Positions 1-8,799 of a DNA stretch of 32,000 nt are shown in pieces. The position numbers and the translations under genes are program-made. The stretch covers positions 750,001 to 782,000 of the forward strand of contig NC_006833.1 of assembly GCF_000008385.1 (NCBI RefSeq), written 5' to 3'. The notes below the pieces were generated by a model that saw only the letters and a program-made list of their open reading frames with translations, did not search any database and was not told the origin of the DNA. Position 1 is the stretch's first letter; every line of letters starts with the position of its first letter. The stretch comes from Wolbachia endosymbiont strain TRS of Brugia malayi (GTDB lineage: Bacteria > Pseudomonadota > Alphaproteobacteria > Rickettsiales > Anaplasmataceae).

Positions 1-1
1 A

Positions 2-166
2 TGGAACATCATACTTGATAACGGCTCCACAGTAAAATTGCCTGAAGATGATCCTCATAGTGCATGGAATTATTTAAATCACTTACAAAATACAACCGAT
101 TTTACTTTTAGCGATTGGAGTATAATTGATATGCGTATTATCGATAAAATCTTTATAAAGAGATAA
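2..166 (+). CDS. ftsQ: C-terminal end of cell division protein FtsQ, truncated by window edge
   Basis: Frame 2 reads WNIILDNGSTVKLPEDDPHSAWNYLNHLQNTTDFTFSDWSIIDMRIIDKIFIKR*, matching the FtsQ C-terminal pattern (LDNG..KLP...IDMRI.DK). Confidence 0.7.
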   Translation, partial: WNIILDNGSTVKLPEDDPHSAWNYLNHLQNTTDFTFSDWSIIDMRIIDKIFIKR

Positions 167-488
167 TCCTACTCCTTCCTCTTCATCTAAATTTTATGTA
201 ATAATGCTTCTATGATGTTATCCCAGCGTTACGCGCTACCATCAGCGGTAGATTTAAATTTACAAACATTAATAAACTTACCAAATAGAAAAAAAAGGCA
301 AAAGACACCACATAGTAGATAGGGTTTACTAGATTAAATAACTAAACACCTTCATTGCTATGATAAGGAGGCTGGAGAAGTTTATCAAGCGGTTTTTTTG
401 TAGCTTTGCTTTCTCATGGCTGTAATATTCATAGCAAAAGACCTAATAACATGTATACTTTATTAAGTAGCTTATGTAGTAAATCATC

Positions 489-1177
489 ATGAAACTAGGC
501 ATTAATATCGACCACGTTGCAACCCTTCGCAACACACGTGGCCCCCTTATCCAGATCCATTGAAAGCCGCAGAAATAGCCATTAACGCCGGGGCAGATTT
601 TATCACTGTACACTTACGAGAAGATAGAGGCATATCAGAGACGAAGATGTGTTTACCCTGAAAAAAAACACTAATACTGAACTAAACCTTGAAATTGCAG
701 TCACGGAAGAAATGCTTGAAATAGCAAAAAAGTAAAACCTTATTCAATTAACATAGTACCAGAAAAAAGGGAAGAATTAACAACTGAAGGTGGTCTGGAT
801 ATAATTAACATGTATAGTAAACTTTCTAGTATAATAGAAGAGGTGCATAATTTTGATATAAAGGTTTCATTGTTTATCAATCCAAATATTAATCAACTAA
901 AATATCTTGAAAAGTCAGAAATAAAGCCTGACATAGTAGAAATCCATACAGGTGGTTACTGCAATAATCCATTAGAAAAAAAACTAAAATTAATTACCAA
1001 TACTGCAGAGTATATTAATGCCATGCAGAGCATGGCATAACTTATAAACACGCTCAAAGAATGAAAGAAATACCCCACATTTCAACTCTGAATATAGGCT
1101 ACTCTTTAATCAGCGAAGCTATATTTGATGGGTTATACAGCGTAGTAAAAACAATGAAGATGATAATATCTAACTAA
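489..1177 (+). pseudogene. pdxJ: Pyridoxine 5'-phosphate synthase PdxJ, degraded by frameshifts and stops
   Basis: Fragments in successive frames: [18 protein letters not shown]; [25 protein letters not shown]; [16 protein letters not shown]; [20 protein letters not shown]; ORF 810..1040 (KVSLFINPN...[15 protein letters not shown]); then [17 protein letters not shown]-like tail. Confidence 0.85.
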
Positions 1178-1481
1178 TTACTTCTTCTTTCTCCTTATTT
1201 AAAATACTTAAAAGAGTTTGGCTTGCTTTAAACTTCACTCTTGTCTTTTGAGGAACAGTCATGATTTCACCATTCTGAGGATTACGACATTGCTTCTCCT
1301 GGCTTATAGCAGTAGAAAATGTGCCTATTCCATGCAGGCGTATTTCACCTTCCTCATCTAGTTTACCCTTTATTATTTTCATAAGCGCATCAAAAATCTT
1401 GCTCAAATCAGACTTTGTTATTTCTACATCTTGACTAGAACAAGCTTGTTTTAATTTATTTATTATGTCTTCTTTACTCAT
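1170..1481 (-). CDS. HU/IHF family DNA-binding protein
   Basis: 103 aa; [43 protein letters not shown] matches the HU/IHF G.F...R..RNP.TGE.......V.FK pattern. Confidence 0.85.
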   Translation of the reverse strand: MSKEDIINKLKQACSSQDVEITKSDLSKIFDALMKIIKGKLDEEGEIRLHGIGTFSTAISQEKQCRNPQNGEIMTVPQKTRVKFKASQTLLSILNKEKEEVIS

Positions 1482-1628
1482 AAATTACCTTAATATTGAA
1501 AAAATTACACAAACAGCATATTACGTTCATAACGATAGTCAACTAAATTTATCATGAAAATAGAATATACTATGCATTTTTTTTAACATTTGTATAATAT
1601 ACACAAAAAAAATATCACTACAAAATAA

Positions 1629-2075
1629 TTATCTCTTAGAAAATTGATATTTTGCCCGAGCTCCACGTTGACCATATTTCTTACGTTCTTTAACACACGA
1701 GTTTCGTGTTAAATACCCACTCTTACGTAATATAGAATATAAATCTTGGCTTATTTTACTTAAAGCTTTGCTTATTCCATGAGCTAATGCACCTGCTTGA
1801 CCAGATAGTCCTCCACCTTTTACAGTTGCAAATACATCATATTTATCTAGCGTAGATGTTACAATAAGTGGCATTTTCACTATTTGGCACACTGACTCTC
1901 TCTTAAAGTAAGAGAGCAGCTTGTCTTGCTGATTAACGCTGAACTTTCCACTTCCTGATTTTATCCATACTCTTGCCGCAGATTCTTTTCTTCGACCTGT
2001 AGCATATAAACAACCAAACAAATCAATTGCTGGCTTAGTTACTTTTTCTGATTGATTTATTACAGAACTTTCCAT
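1629..2075 (-). CDS. rpsI: 30S ribosomal protein S9
   Basis: YATGRRKESAARVWIKSGSGKFSVN; GGGLSGQAGALAHGISKAL; C-terminal RKKYGQRGARAKYQFSKR. Confidence 0.97.
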   Translation of the reverse strand: MESSVINQSEKVTKPAIDLFGCLYATGRRKESAARVWIKSGSGKFSVNQQDKLLSYFKRESVCQIVKMPLIVTSTLDKYDVFATVKGGGLSGQAGALAHGISKALSKISQDLYSILRKSGYLTRNSCVKERKKYGQRGARAKYQFSKR

Positions 2076-2084
2076 CTTATTCCA

Positions 2085-2546
2085 TTATTTTTTATTTTTA
2101 CGATTTAAAGAAGCAAAATCTATCTTTTTAGGCTGCTGCCCTTGATGTTTATGCTCTGGACCAGAATAAACATATAAATTTCCAAAACGTTTACGCGCCA
2201 TAGGACCATCATCAAGCATTCTTTTCACCGCCATTTTTATTACCCTCTCAGGGAATTTACCATTAAGAACATTATTTGGGGTAGTTTTTTTTAAACCACC
2301 AGGATAACCTGTATGCTTGTAGTAAACTTTCTCTTTAAATTTTTTCCCGGTAAAATGCACCTTTTCTGCGTTGATGATAATTATATTATCGCCACAGTCC
2401 ATATGAGGTGTATACTCAGGTTTATGTTTTCCACGCAACAGTGTTGCTACAAATGCTGCAAGTCTTCCTACTACTAACCCTTCTGCGTTTATAACAAACC
2501 ATTTTTTATCGATTTGTCCCTCTTTTAGGAAAAAAGTCTTCATCAC
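2085..2546 (-). CDS. rplM: 50S ribosomal protein L13
   Basis: [54 protein letters not shown]; YRHTGYPGG-like motif; adjacent to rpsI in the usual order. Confidence 0.97.
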
Positions 2547-2672
2547 TCTAACTGAACAATAGTAGGCTATGATACACTTAATTTCTAAGCAGTGTCAACA
2601 ATATTAGTTATTGATTATTAAAGCAATTTATGCTAGTAACTTAGTTGCACAGCCAATATATATGGGAGTAGA

Positions 2673-3908
2673 ATGTTTCATTTGATTATTACACTTGCGG
2701 CTATTTTTAGTACTGTAAATTGCTATGCAATTGATCTTGAAGAAGCTGTAAATAAAGCCATTAAAAATAGTTCAAAGCTCAAGTCTCAATTTTACCAATA
2801 TAAAATCGCTAAAAAATACTATAAATCTTTAGGAATAGCTGGGTTTTTGCCAGATATTAATCTTCGATACTATTTTGATAGTAATTTTAATATCATCAAC
2901 AGTATACAAAACCCAGGAGAACTCCTTACATTAAGTCAGAGAATAATAGATGGAGGCGGTACTTTTGCTACATTCAGTCAATCAAATCATCTTCTCAAAG
3001 CAGCAAAGACTCAATTTCAAAAGTCAAAGCAAGAGCTTGCACTTAATGCCGTGAAAGTATACGTTGACGTTCTACGAAGTAGGGCAGTATTACAGCTTAA
3101 AGAGCATAAAGAACACGTCTCTTTGGAAAATTTATCAGAGGCAAAAAAACGTTTTTCTCTCGGGGAAGTGACCAATGCTGAAGTTTCGCTGGCAAAAGCA
3201 AAATTTTCATCTTCAGTATCAGAAAGAGTTGATGCCGAAGGCAAATTAAAATCGGCAAACATTGCTTACTTCCACCTAATTGGGGAAGAACCTGATGAAC
3301 TTTCTGAAGCTAGTGATAAATTACCTTCTGTTCCAGAATTAAATGAATGTTTACAGTTAGCAAGAACCAATAATCTATCTTTGAAAACAGCAGTTTATCA
3401 AAAAAAAGCAGCAGGAATGGGAGTGTTTGCTGAAACTTCTAAGTGGCTACCTTCTCTGCACCTTAGTATAAATAAAATTTTTGACATAAGAAATATCAAC
3501 ATCAAAAAGCCTTTAGAAGGTGCTAGTGTTGCTTTTACTCTCGATATTCCAATTTTTAAAAGAGGAATAAATGCTTTTGGCATTAGTAAAGCTAGAATGG
3601 ATGCAAAAAAATTTACTTACGATTATTATGAAACAGTGAAAAACATAGAGCAAATGGTTGTAAATGCTTGGAATGATGTGTTGACAGCAAAGGCTATCAT
3701 TAAAGCAAGTCAAGAAGCTGAAAAAGCAGCAGCTCTAGCGTTGGAAGGGGTTGAACAAGAAGTAAGCTTAAACTTAAAGAGTATAACTGATCTTTTATAC
3801 ACTGAAGACACGTTATTCAAAGCACGTTCGGACTTAGTTGAAGCACAAAGCAATTATGTGATTAGTGTTTATAATTTACTTTTTATAATAAACAGTATAA
3901 ATCTCTAA
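2673..3908 (+). CDS. TolC family outer membrane efflux/secretion protein
   Basis: 411 aa with N-terminal signal peptide; two OEP-type coiled-coil halves (LTLSQRIIDGGGTFATFSQS; LSLKTAVYQKKAAGMGVFAETSKWLPSLHLSI). Confidence 0.85.
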   Translation: MFHLIITLAAIFSTVNCYAIDLEEAVNKAIKNSSKLKSQFYQYKIAKKYYKSLGIAGFLPDINLRYYFDSNFNIINSIQNPGELLTLSQRIIDGGGTFATFSQSNHLLKAAKTQFQKSKQELALNAVKVYVDVLRSRAVLQLKEHKEHVSLENLSEAKKRFSLGEVTNAEVSLAKAKFSSSVSERVDAEGKLKSANIAYFHLIGEEPDELSEASDKLPSVPELNECLQLARTNNLSLKTAVYQKKAAGMGVFAETSKWLPSLHLSINKIFDIRNINIKKPLEGASVAFTLDIPIFKRGINAFGISKARMDAKKFTYDYYETVKNIEQMVVNAWNDVLTAKAIIKASQEAEKAAALALEGVEQEVSLNLKSITDLLYTEDTLFKARSDLVEAQSNYVISVYNLLFIINSINL

Positions 3909-3927
3909 ATTTGATGGCATTAGTGTT

Positions 3928-4509
3928 ATGAATTATAAACAAAGCAATCAATCTGTAAAAGATATCCTAGAAGATATAAAGAAAGCTATATCTGGTAAAA
4001 GCTCAAGTAATGATGCAGTAGAAATAGAAAAGGAGAAGAAGGATGACGATGTTTTGTACCTTGAAGAGGAGTATTTAGAAGATTCAGAAAAAGATAGTAA
4101 AGAGCAGAATAACGAAAAACAAGATGTCAACAATGATCATAAGAGCGAGGAAATAGTTTTTAATAATACTCAATTTAACAACCACAGTTATAACTCACAG
4201 AGAAGAAAAGGACGTTCCGTTTGCACAATAATACCTCAAACAGATAACAACAAAGGAATAACAGTGGCTTACAAGGGTAAAATAGCGATCACCTAATTTA
4301 AAGAGAACATGGAAGAGATTAAAAAGCTACTTGAAAAAATGCAAAACGAACTACAGCACGAACAACAAAAAAAATCAAACCTCACTGTTGAAGAATTAGT
4401 TATATCTCTTTTAAAACCTCAGTTGCCGGAGTGGCTGAATAATTACCTCCATACATTGGTAAAAGAAGTAGTCGAAAAAGAGCTCAAAGATATCATCAAT
4501 AATAAGTGA
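3928..4509 (+). pseudogene. PopZ-like (DUF2497-type) polar organizing protein, interrupted by one in-frame TAA at 4294-4296; may be a pseudogene or two polypeptides
   Basis: ORF 3928..4296 has an N-terminal SVKDILEDIKKAISG motif; ORF 4309..4509 has LTVEELVISLLKPQLPEWLNNYLHTLVKEVVEKEL. The start offset is 381 nt (127 codons), so both are in the same frame. Confidence 0.6.
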
Positions 4510-4519
4510 TTTTTACAAG

Positions 4520-5170
4520 GTGTTAGCAATAAAAACTAGAGTAAAAACAGCTAAAGGTAGAAAACTATCCTCAACAAGGTGGTTGCACCGTCATTTAAAT
4601 GACCAGTACGTACAAAAAACTAATAAGGATAGTTATAGATCACGCTCAGCATATAAGTTGATAGAAATAGATAATAAATTTAAATTACTCCAAGCAGGGC
4701 AAAAAATTGTTGACCTTGGTGCTTCTCCTGGTGGATGGTCACAAGTTGCATCTCAGAAAGGTGTAAAAGTGGTTGCTATTGATATAAAGCCAGTAAACAC
4801 AATTAGTGGAGTGAAATATATACAATACGATATAAATGAACTTGAAACTTTAAGGGAAAGATTTAAAGATCAAAAATTTGATGTAATTCTATCTGACATG
4901 GCCCCAGAATCTTGCGGGTTAAAATCGCTGGACCATATTAGAATCATGCTTTTATGCGAAGCAGCACTGAACTTTGCAAAACATTTCCTAAATTACGGTG
5001 GTAAGTTTGTAGTAAAAATTTTTCAAGGAGAATCTGACAAAGACTTTTATAATGAATTAAAAAAAATGTTCAAAATAGTAAAATACTTTAAACCAAAATC
5101 AAGTAGATCTGAATCTACAGAAATGTATTTGGTAGGTTTAGGTTTTATCAGCAACAGTTTTCCTATATAG
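4520..5170 (+). CDS. rlmE: 23S rRNA (uridine-2'-O-)-methyltransferase RlmE/FtsJ
   Basis: SRSAYKLIEIDNKF...IVDLGASPGGWSQVA; VVAIDIKPV; FDVILSDMAPESCG. Confidence 0.95.
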   Translation: MLAIKTRVKTAKGRKLSSTRWLHRHLNDQYVQKTNKDSYRSRSAYKLIEIDNKFKLLQAGQKIVDLGASPGGWSQVASQKGVKVVAIDIKPVNTISGVKYIQYDINELETLRERFKDQKFDVILSDMAPESCGLKSLDHIRIMLLCEAALNFAKHFLNYGGKFVVKIFQGESDKDFYNELKKMFKIVKYFKPKSSRSESTEMYLVGLGFISNSFPI

Positions 5171-5187
5171 AGTAATGGCAAAAATTT

Positions 5188-5835
5188 CTAATTCTGCTCT
5201 ACAGCAAATTTCAATGCCATATGAGTAGCTATAGTACCGTTAACCATTAAAATGGCAAAAATTAAAGCAGTAATAAGTAACATATGAATACTTAAGAACA
5301 AACCCTCAAAATGAACTAGTAATTTAAAATACACAAATGTTGGCATTATGATTGGCAAAACAAGAATTTGTGATATTCCCGACGCTAAATTGTTTCGACC
5401 AACCACTAATGCATTTCCAGTAGCTGAGATATTAATTATTATCAGCGTATTAAGTAATAAAGATAAGCCTACCACTATTGAGTGTTCAATGTTACTATCC
5501 AAAACTACGAAGCTAAATATGGAAGAAATCACTGAGATTGGCAGCCCGAACAATAACCAGTGAACAAAAATTTTATAAGCAACTACAAACCTAGGGGGAA
5601 ATGGCTGTATAAAGATTTGCTCTAATATTCCATCATGATAATCAAAAACAAATAAATTACTTGTAGAGATTTGCAAAACAAACGTAGCGCATATCCATAT
5701 TAACGTTAACATGATTTCTTGCTTATTGCTGCTTTCAAGTGCAAATGAAGATAGACTTAACATTATAATAAAAACACATATCGTATAGATAAAATTTTTA
5801 CTATCTATCGCTAATCTTCCTATTGAGCTAATCAT
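5188..5835 (-). CDS. ccmB: Heme exporter protein CcmB
   Basis: 215 aa multi-pass membrane protein; LSSFALESSNKQEIMLTLIWICATFVLQIS and DYHDGILEQIFIQPFPPRFVVAYKI match CcmB. Confidence 0.88.
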   Translation of the reverse strand: MISSIGRLAIDSKNFIYTICVFIIMLSLSSFALESSNKQEIMLTLIWICATFVLQISTSNLFVFDYHDGILEQIFIQPFPPRFVVAYKIFVHWLLFGLPISVISSIFSFVVLDSNIEHSIVVGLSLLLNTLIIINISATGNALVVGRNNLASGISQILVLPIIMPTFVYFKLLVHFEGLFLSIHMLLITALIFAILMVNGTIATHMALKFAVEQN

Positions 5836-5941
5836 ACTAGGTTTTTAAATGTTTATTATAAATTATAGTGTTTAATTTTAGATAGTATAATTTCTTACTC
5901 ACAAATTATACAAGATTTATTAATTAATTAATAATATAATT

Positions 5942-6325
5942 ATGAAAGAGTCATCAAAAACAAAATTATCAGAAGATTACACTCCTTCAGAAGATGAAGA
6001 ATATATGAGCGTAAGACAGTTGGAATACTTCAACTTAAAGTTGGAATCAATCCTTGCTGAGCTAGAGAAGCAGGAACTAGAAGATAGTGCATACTATTTT
6101 GATGAAGACAGTGGAAATGAAAAATTAATTAAGCGTAGAAAAGATAGAAAAGAAAAAATTAAGGAGGCATTAGAAAAAATAAAATTAGGCACCTACGGCT
6201 ATTGTGATAGAACAGGGGAAGAAATAGGAATTGCAAGACTTAAAGCTAATCCGCTTGCTGTATATTGCATTGAAGAGCAAGAGAGATTAGAAAAGGAAAA
6301 GAACGTATATAAGACTGATGATTAA
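5942..6325 (+). CDS. dksA: DksA/TraR family RNA polymerase-binding protein, cysteine-depleted zinc-finger region
   Basis: GTYGYCDRTGEEIGIARLKANPLAVYCIEEQERLEKEK; acidic/coiled N-terminus. Confidence 0.88.
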   Translation: MKESSKTKLSEDYTPSEDEEYMSVRQLEYFNLKLESILAELEKQELEDSAYYFDEDSGNEKLIKRRKDRKEKIKEALEKIKLGTYGYCDRTGEEIGIARLKANPLAVYCIEEQERLEKEKNVYKTDD

Positions 6326-6339
6326 TTGCATATGGTCAC

Positions 6340-6957
6340 CTAAACCCCTGATCTTTTAAGTCTTTCTTTATCTAATATAGAACTTATCTCTTCTACACTC
6401 TTATCAATATCATCATTGATTACTACATAATCATATTTATCGCGCTTGCTCATCTCTTTTTGAGCTTCGGCTAACCTGTGTTCTATTTCACTTGCACTGT
6501 CACTATTACGTTTTTGCAAACGCAACCTAAGCTCCTCCATTGAAGGGGGAAGTATAAAAACACTTATAACTTTTTCCCTCATAAGCTCAAATAAATGAAA
6601 TGCTCCTTGCCAATCTATACTTAGTAAAACGCTTATTCCACTGCTCAGGTTCTGTTCTATAAAACTTTTCGGTATGCCATAAAAATTTTCAAAAACTCTG
6701 GCGTACTCAAGCATTTGACCAGCTTCACATAACTCATGAAATTCTTTCTTGGTAACAAAAAAATAGTCTTTTCCATTTATTTCGCCTGGGCGAGGTTTGC
6801 GTGTAGTCATAGAAACCGATCTAACTAAATTAGTCGATCGCTCAAGTAATCTCTCTAATATAGTAGTTTTGCCAGCTCCAGAAGGAGAAGATAAAACTAA
6901 TAATACACCTTCATTCTCTACAGCCATTTTTTCTTCTAAGTATAAGTTAACAAGCAC
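6340..6957 (-). CDS. gmk: Guanylate kinase (true start may be the internal MAVENEG)
   Basis: LLVLSSPSGAGKTTILERLLE P-loop; VSMTTRKPRPGEINGKDYFFVTKKEF; DYVVINDDIDKSV. Confidence 0.96.
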   Translation of the reverse strand: MLVNLYLEEKMAVENEGVLLVLSSPSGAGKTTILERLLERSTNLVRSVSMTTRKPRPGEINGKDYFFVTKKEFHELCEAGQMLEYARVFENFYGIPKSFIEQNLSSGISVLLSIDWQGAFHLFELMREKVISVFILPPSMEELRLRLQKRNSDSASEIEHRLAEAQKEMSKRDKYDYVVINDDIDKSVEEISSILDKERLKRSGV

Positions 6958-6978
6958 ACTACAAGGTTCTTCATTTGA

Positions 6979-8799
6979 TTAGGACTTTGCATTTTCTAAT
7001 ATGGCACTTTTTGAATCAGGTTTTAAAAAGCTAGAATGATCTAAATTGGAATCCGATAAATTGGTACCAATAAGAGAAGAATTATCAAAAATAGTATGGC
7101 GTAAATCAGCTTTTTTAAGGTTTGCCTTATTTAAATTAACATTTACAAATTTCGCTCTACTCAATATTGAATTGGAGAAATCGGCATTCTCTAGATTCAT
7201 ATTCTTAAATTCAAAGCAAGAATAATTTACATCAAACTTTTCACCCTGTAATATCTTTTCTTGCAAATTCTCAATTGAAGTTATAGCACCTTCTAAGCCA
7301 GCAAGTTTCTCCTGCCCTTCATTATCAATCAAAATCGAATGATCAAATTCACAATCTGCTAAATGAGCATCAACAACTGAGCCTTTATATATGCTAGAAG
7401 AACGAAAAGACGTACCACTGACCGTTGAATTATTGAAGTTGCTAAGAAAAAAACTGGCTTTCTTAAAGGCACTACCGCGAAGTAAAGAAGATTCAAAGTT
7501 ACTTTCAACAAAATTTGAACTAGTTACTTTTAGATTAGACCAGATTGAGTTATTCGCTATTAAATTAAAAAAAGTTGAGCTTTCTATTTCACTAGAATCG
7601 ATGCTATTGTGAAAAAGTCTACTATTATAAACCTGAGAGTCTCTTATTTTTACCCTATACATCGAAGTTGAGGAAAGGTCTGTACTTTCTATCTTCGCAG
7701 AGGTAAATAACGAATGGTCAAAAAACGAACCATTCATGTTAGAATGTACAACTCTAGTATTATGAAACTCTCCATGGCGAATATCAGAATCAGAAACATC
7801 AACTTGATGCAGCTCGCTAAAACTAAAACCAATATTGGATAAATCAGCATCTTGAAAACTGACTTCAGAAACATATGAATGTTTTATCTTGGAACCATTT
7901 AACATAGATTGAACAAAACTTGAATTATCACCATTTACATAGGAAACTCGAGTTTTGCTTAAATTAGCTCCACCAAAGTTGCTGTCAATTATAGCAGAAG
8001 AATCAAAGCAAACATTAGAAAGATTGCTGCCTGTGAAGTCTGATTCTTTTATTTCCGTGCCATATATATTAGCATTTTTCAATGAGGAAAATTGTATTTT
8101 TAGTTTATATGAATCCACTCCAAAAAAATTTGCATTATCAAGACTGCTTCTTTGCACAACAGTATTGTTTATTTCACTATCACTAAAACTTATATAGCCC
8201 ACATTTGAGTCTGATAAGCTGGAAAAATTTATTTTTACATCTGAAAAATTAGTATGTAAACCGGTCATACTGTGCATTCTCACTTTTTTGAGGTCAGAGC
8301 TGACAAATTCAGCACAACTAACATCAGATTGATCAAGTATAATATCTGTCAAATTTGCAGAAATAAATTTTGCAAAACCCAAATTCGTACCTTTTACTTT
8401 TATACCTTGCAAATTAGCATTAGAAAAATTAGCACCACGTAAATCAGAATTAATAAAGGATACACCTGACAAGTCAGTATGAGAAAAATCAGCACCAATT
8501 AGACTCACTCCATTAAAAATAGATCCATTGAGGTACAATTTACTGAAATCTGCTCCATTTAAGTTAGAGCCAAAACCTTTTCTAAAATCCTCTTGAATAC
8601 CTTTTTTGTGGCATTGCACTAGAAATTTAGCAAAGTCTTTTTTACTGTAAGACACATACTTTATCTTATGCAAAGCATCTAAAAAATCACTAACTGGATT
8701 TTTCGCATCATTTATTTCATTCCCGTAACACAAATGACCAACTAAAATTAATATCAAAAATCTAATTATTTGCTCAGTCTTCATTGCATTGTAATTCAT
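6979..8799 (-). CDS. Exported pentapeptide-repeat protein
   Basis: 606 aa; N-terminal signal-like segment; very long array of A(D/N)LXX-type repeats (LNGADFSKLYLNGSIFNGVSLIGADFSHTDLSGVSFINSDLRGANFSNANLQG...). Confidence 0.92.
   Translation of the reverse strand: MNYNAMKTEQIIRFLILILVGHLCYGNEINDAKNPVSDFLDALHKIKYVSYSKKDFAKFLVQCHKKGIQEDFRKGFGSNLNGADFSKLYLNGSIFNGVSLIGADFSHTDLSGVSFINSDLRGANFSNANLQGIKVKGTNLGFAKFISANLTDIILDQSDVSCAEFVSSDLKKVRMHSMTGLHTNFSDVKINFSSLSDSNVGYISFSDSEINNTVVQRSSLDNANFFGVDSYKLKIQFSSLKNANIYGTEIKESDFTGSNLSNVCFDSSAIIDSNFGGANLSKTRVSYVNGDNSSFVQSMLNGSKIKHSYVSEVSFQDADLSNIGFSFSELHQVDVSDSDIRHGEFHNTRVVHSNMNGSFFDHSLFTSAKIESTDLSSTSMYRVKIRDSQVYNSRLFHNSIDSSEIESSTFFNLIANNSIWSNLKVTSSNFVESNFESSLLRGSAFKKASFFLSNFNNSTVSGTSFRSSSIYKGSVVDAHLADCEFDHSILIDNEGQEKLAGLEGAITSIENLQEKILQGEKFDVNYSCFEFKNMNLENADFSNSILSRAKFVNVNLNKANLKKADLRHTIFDNSSLIGTNLSDSNLDHSSFLKPDSKSAILENAKS

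Noticed and set aside
3017-3713. Minus-strand ORFs 3017..3262, 3398..3583 and 3513..3713
   Set aside because: All antisense to the TolC-family gene, with no domain support.
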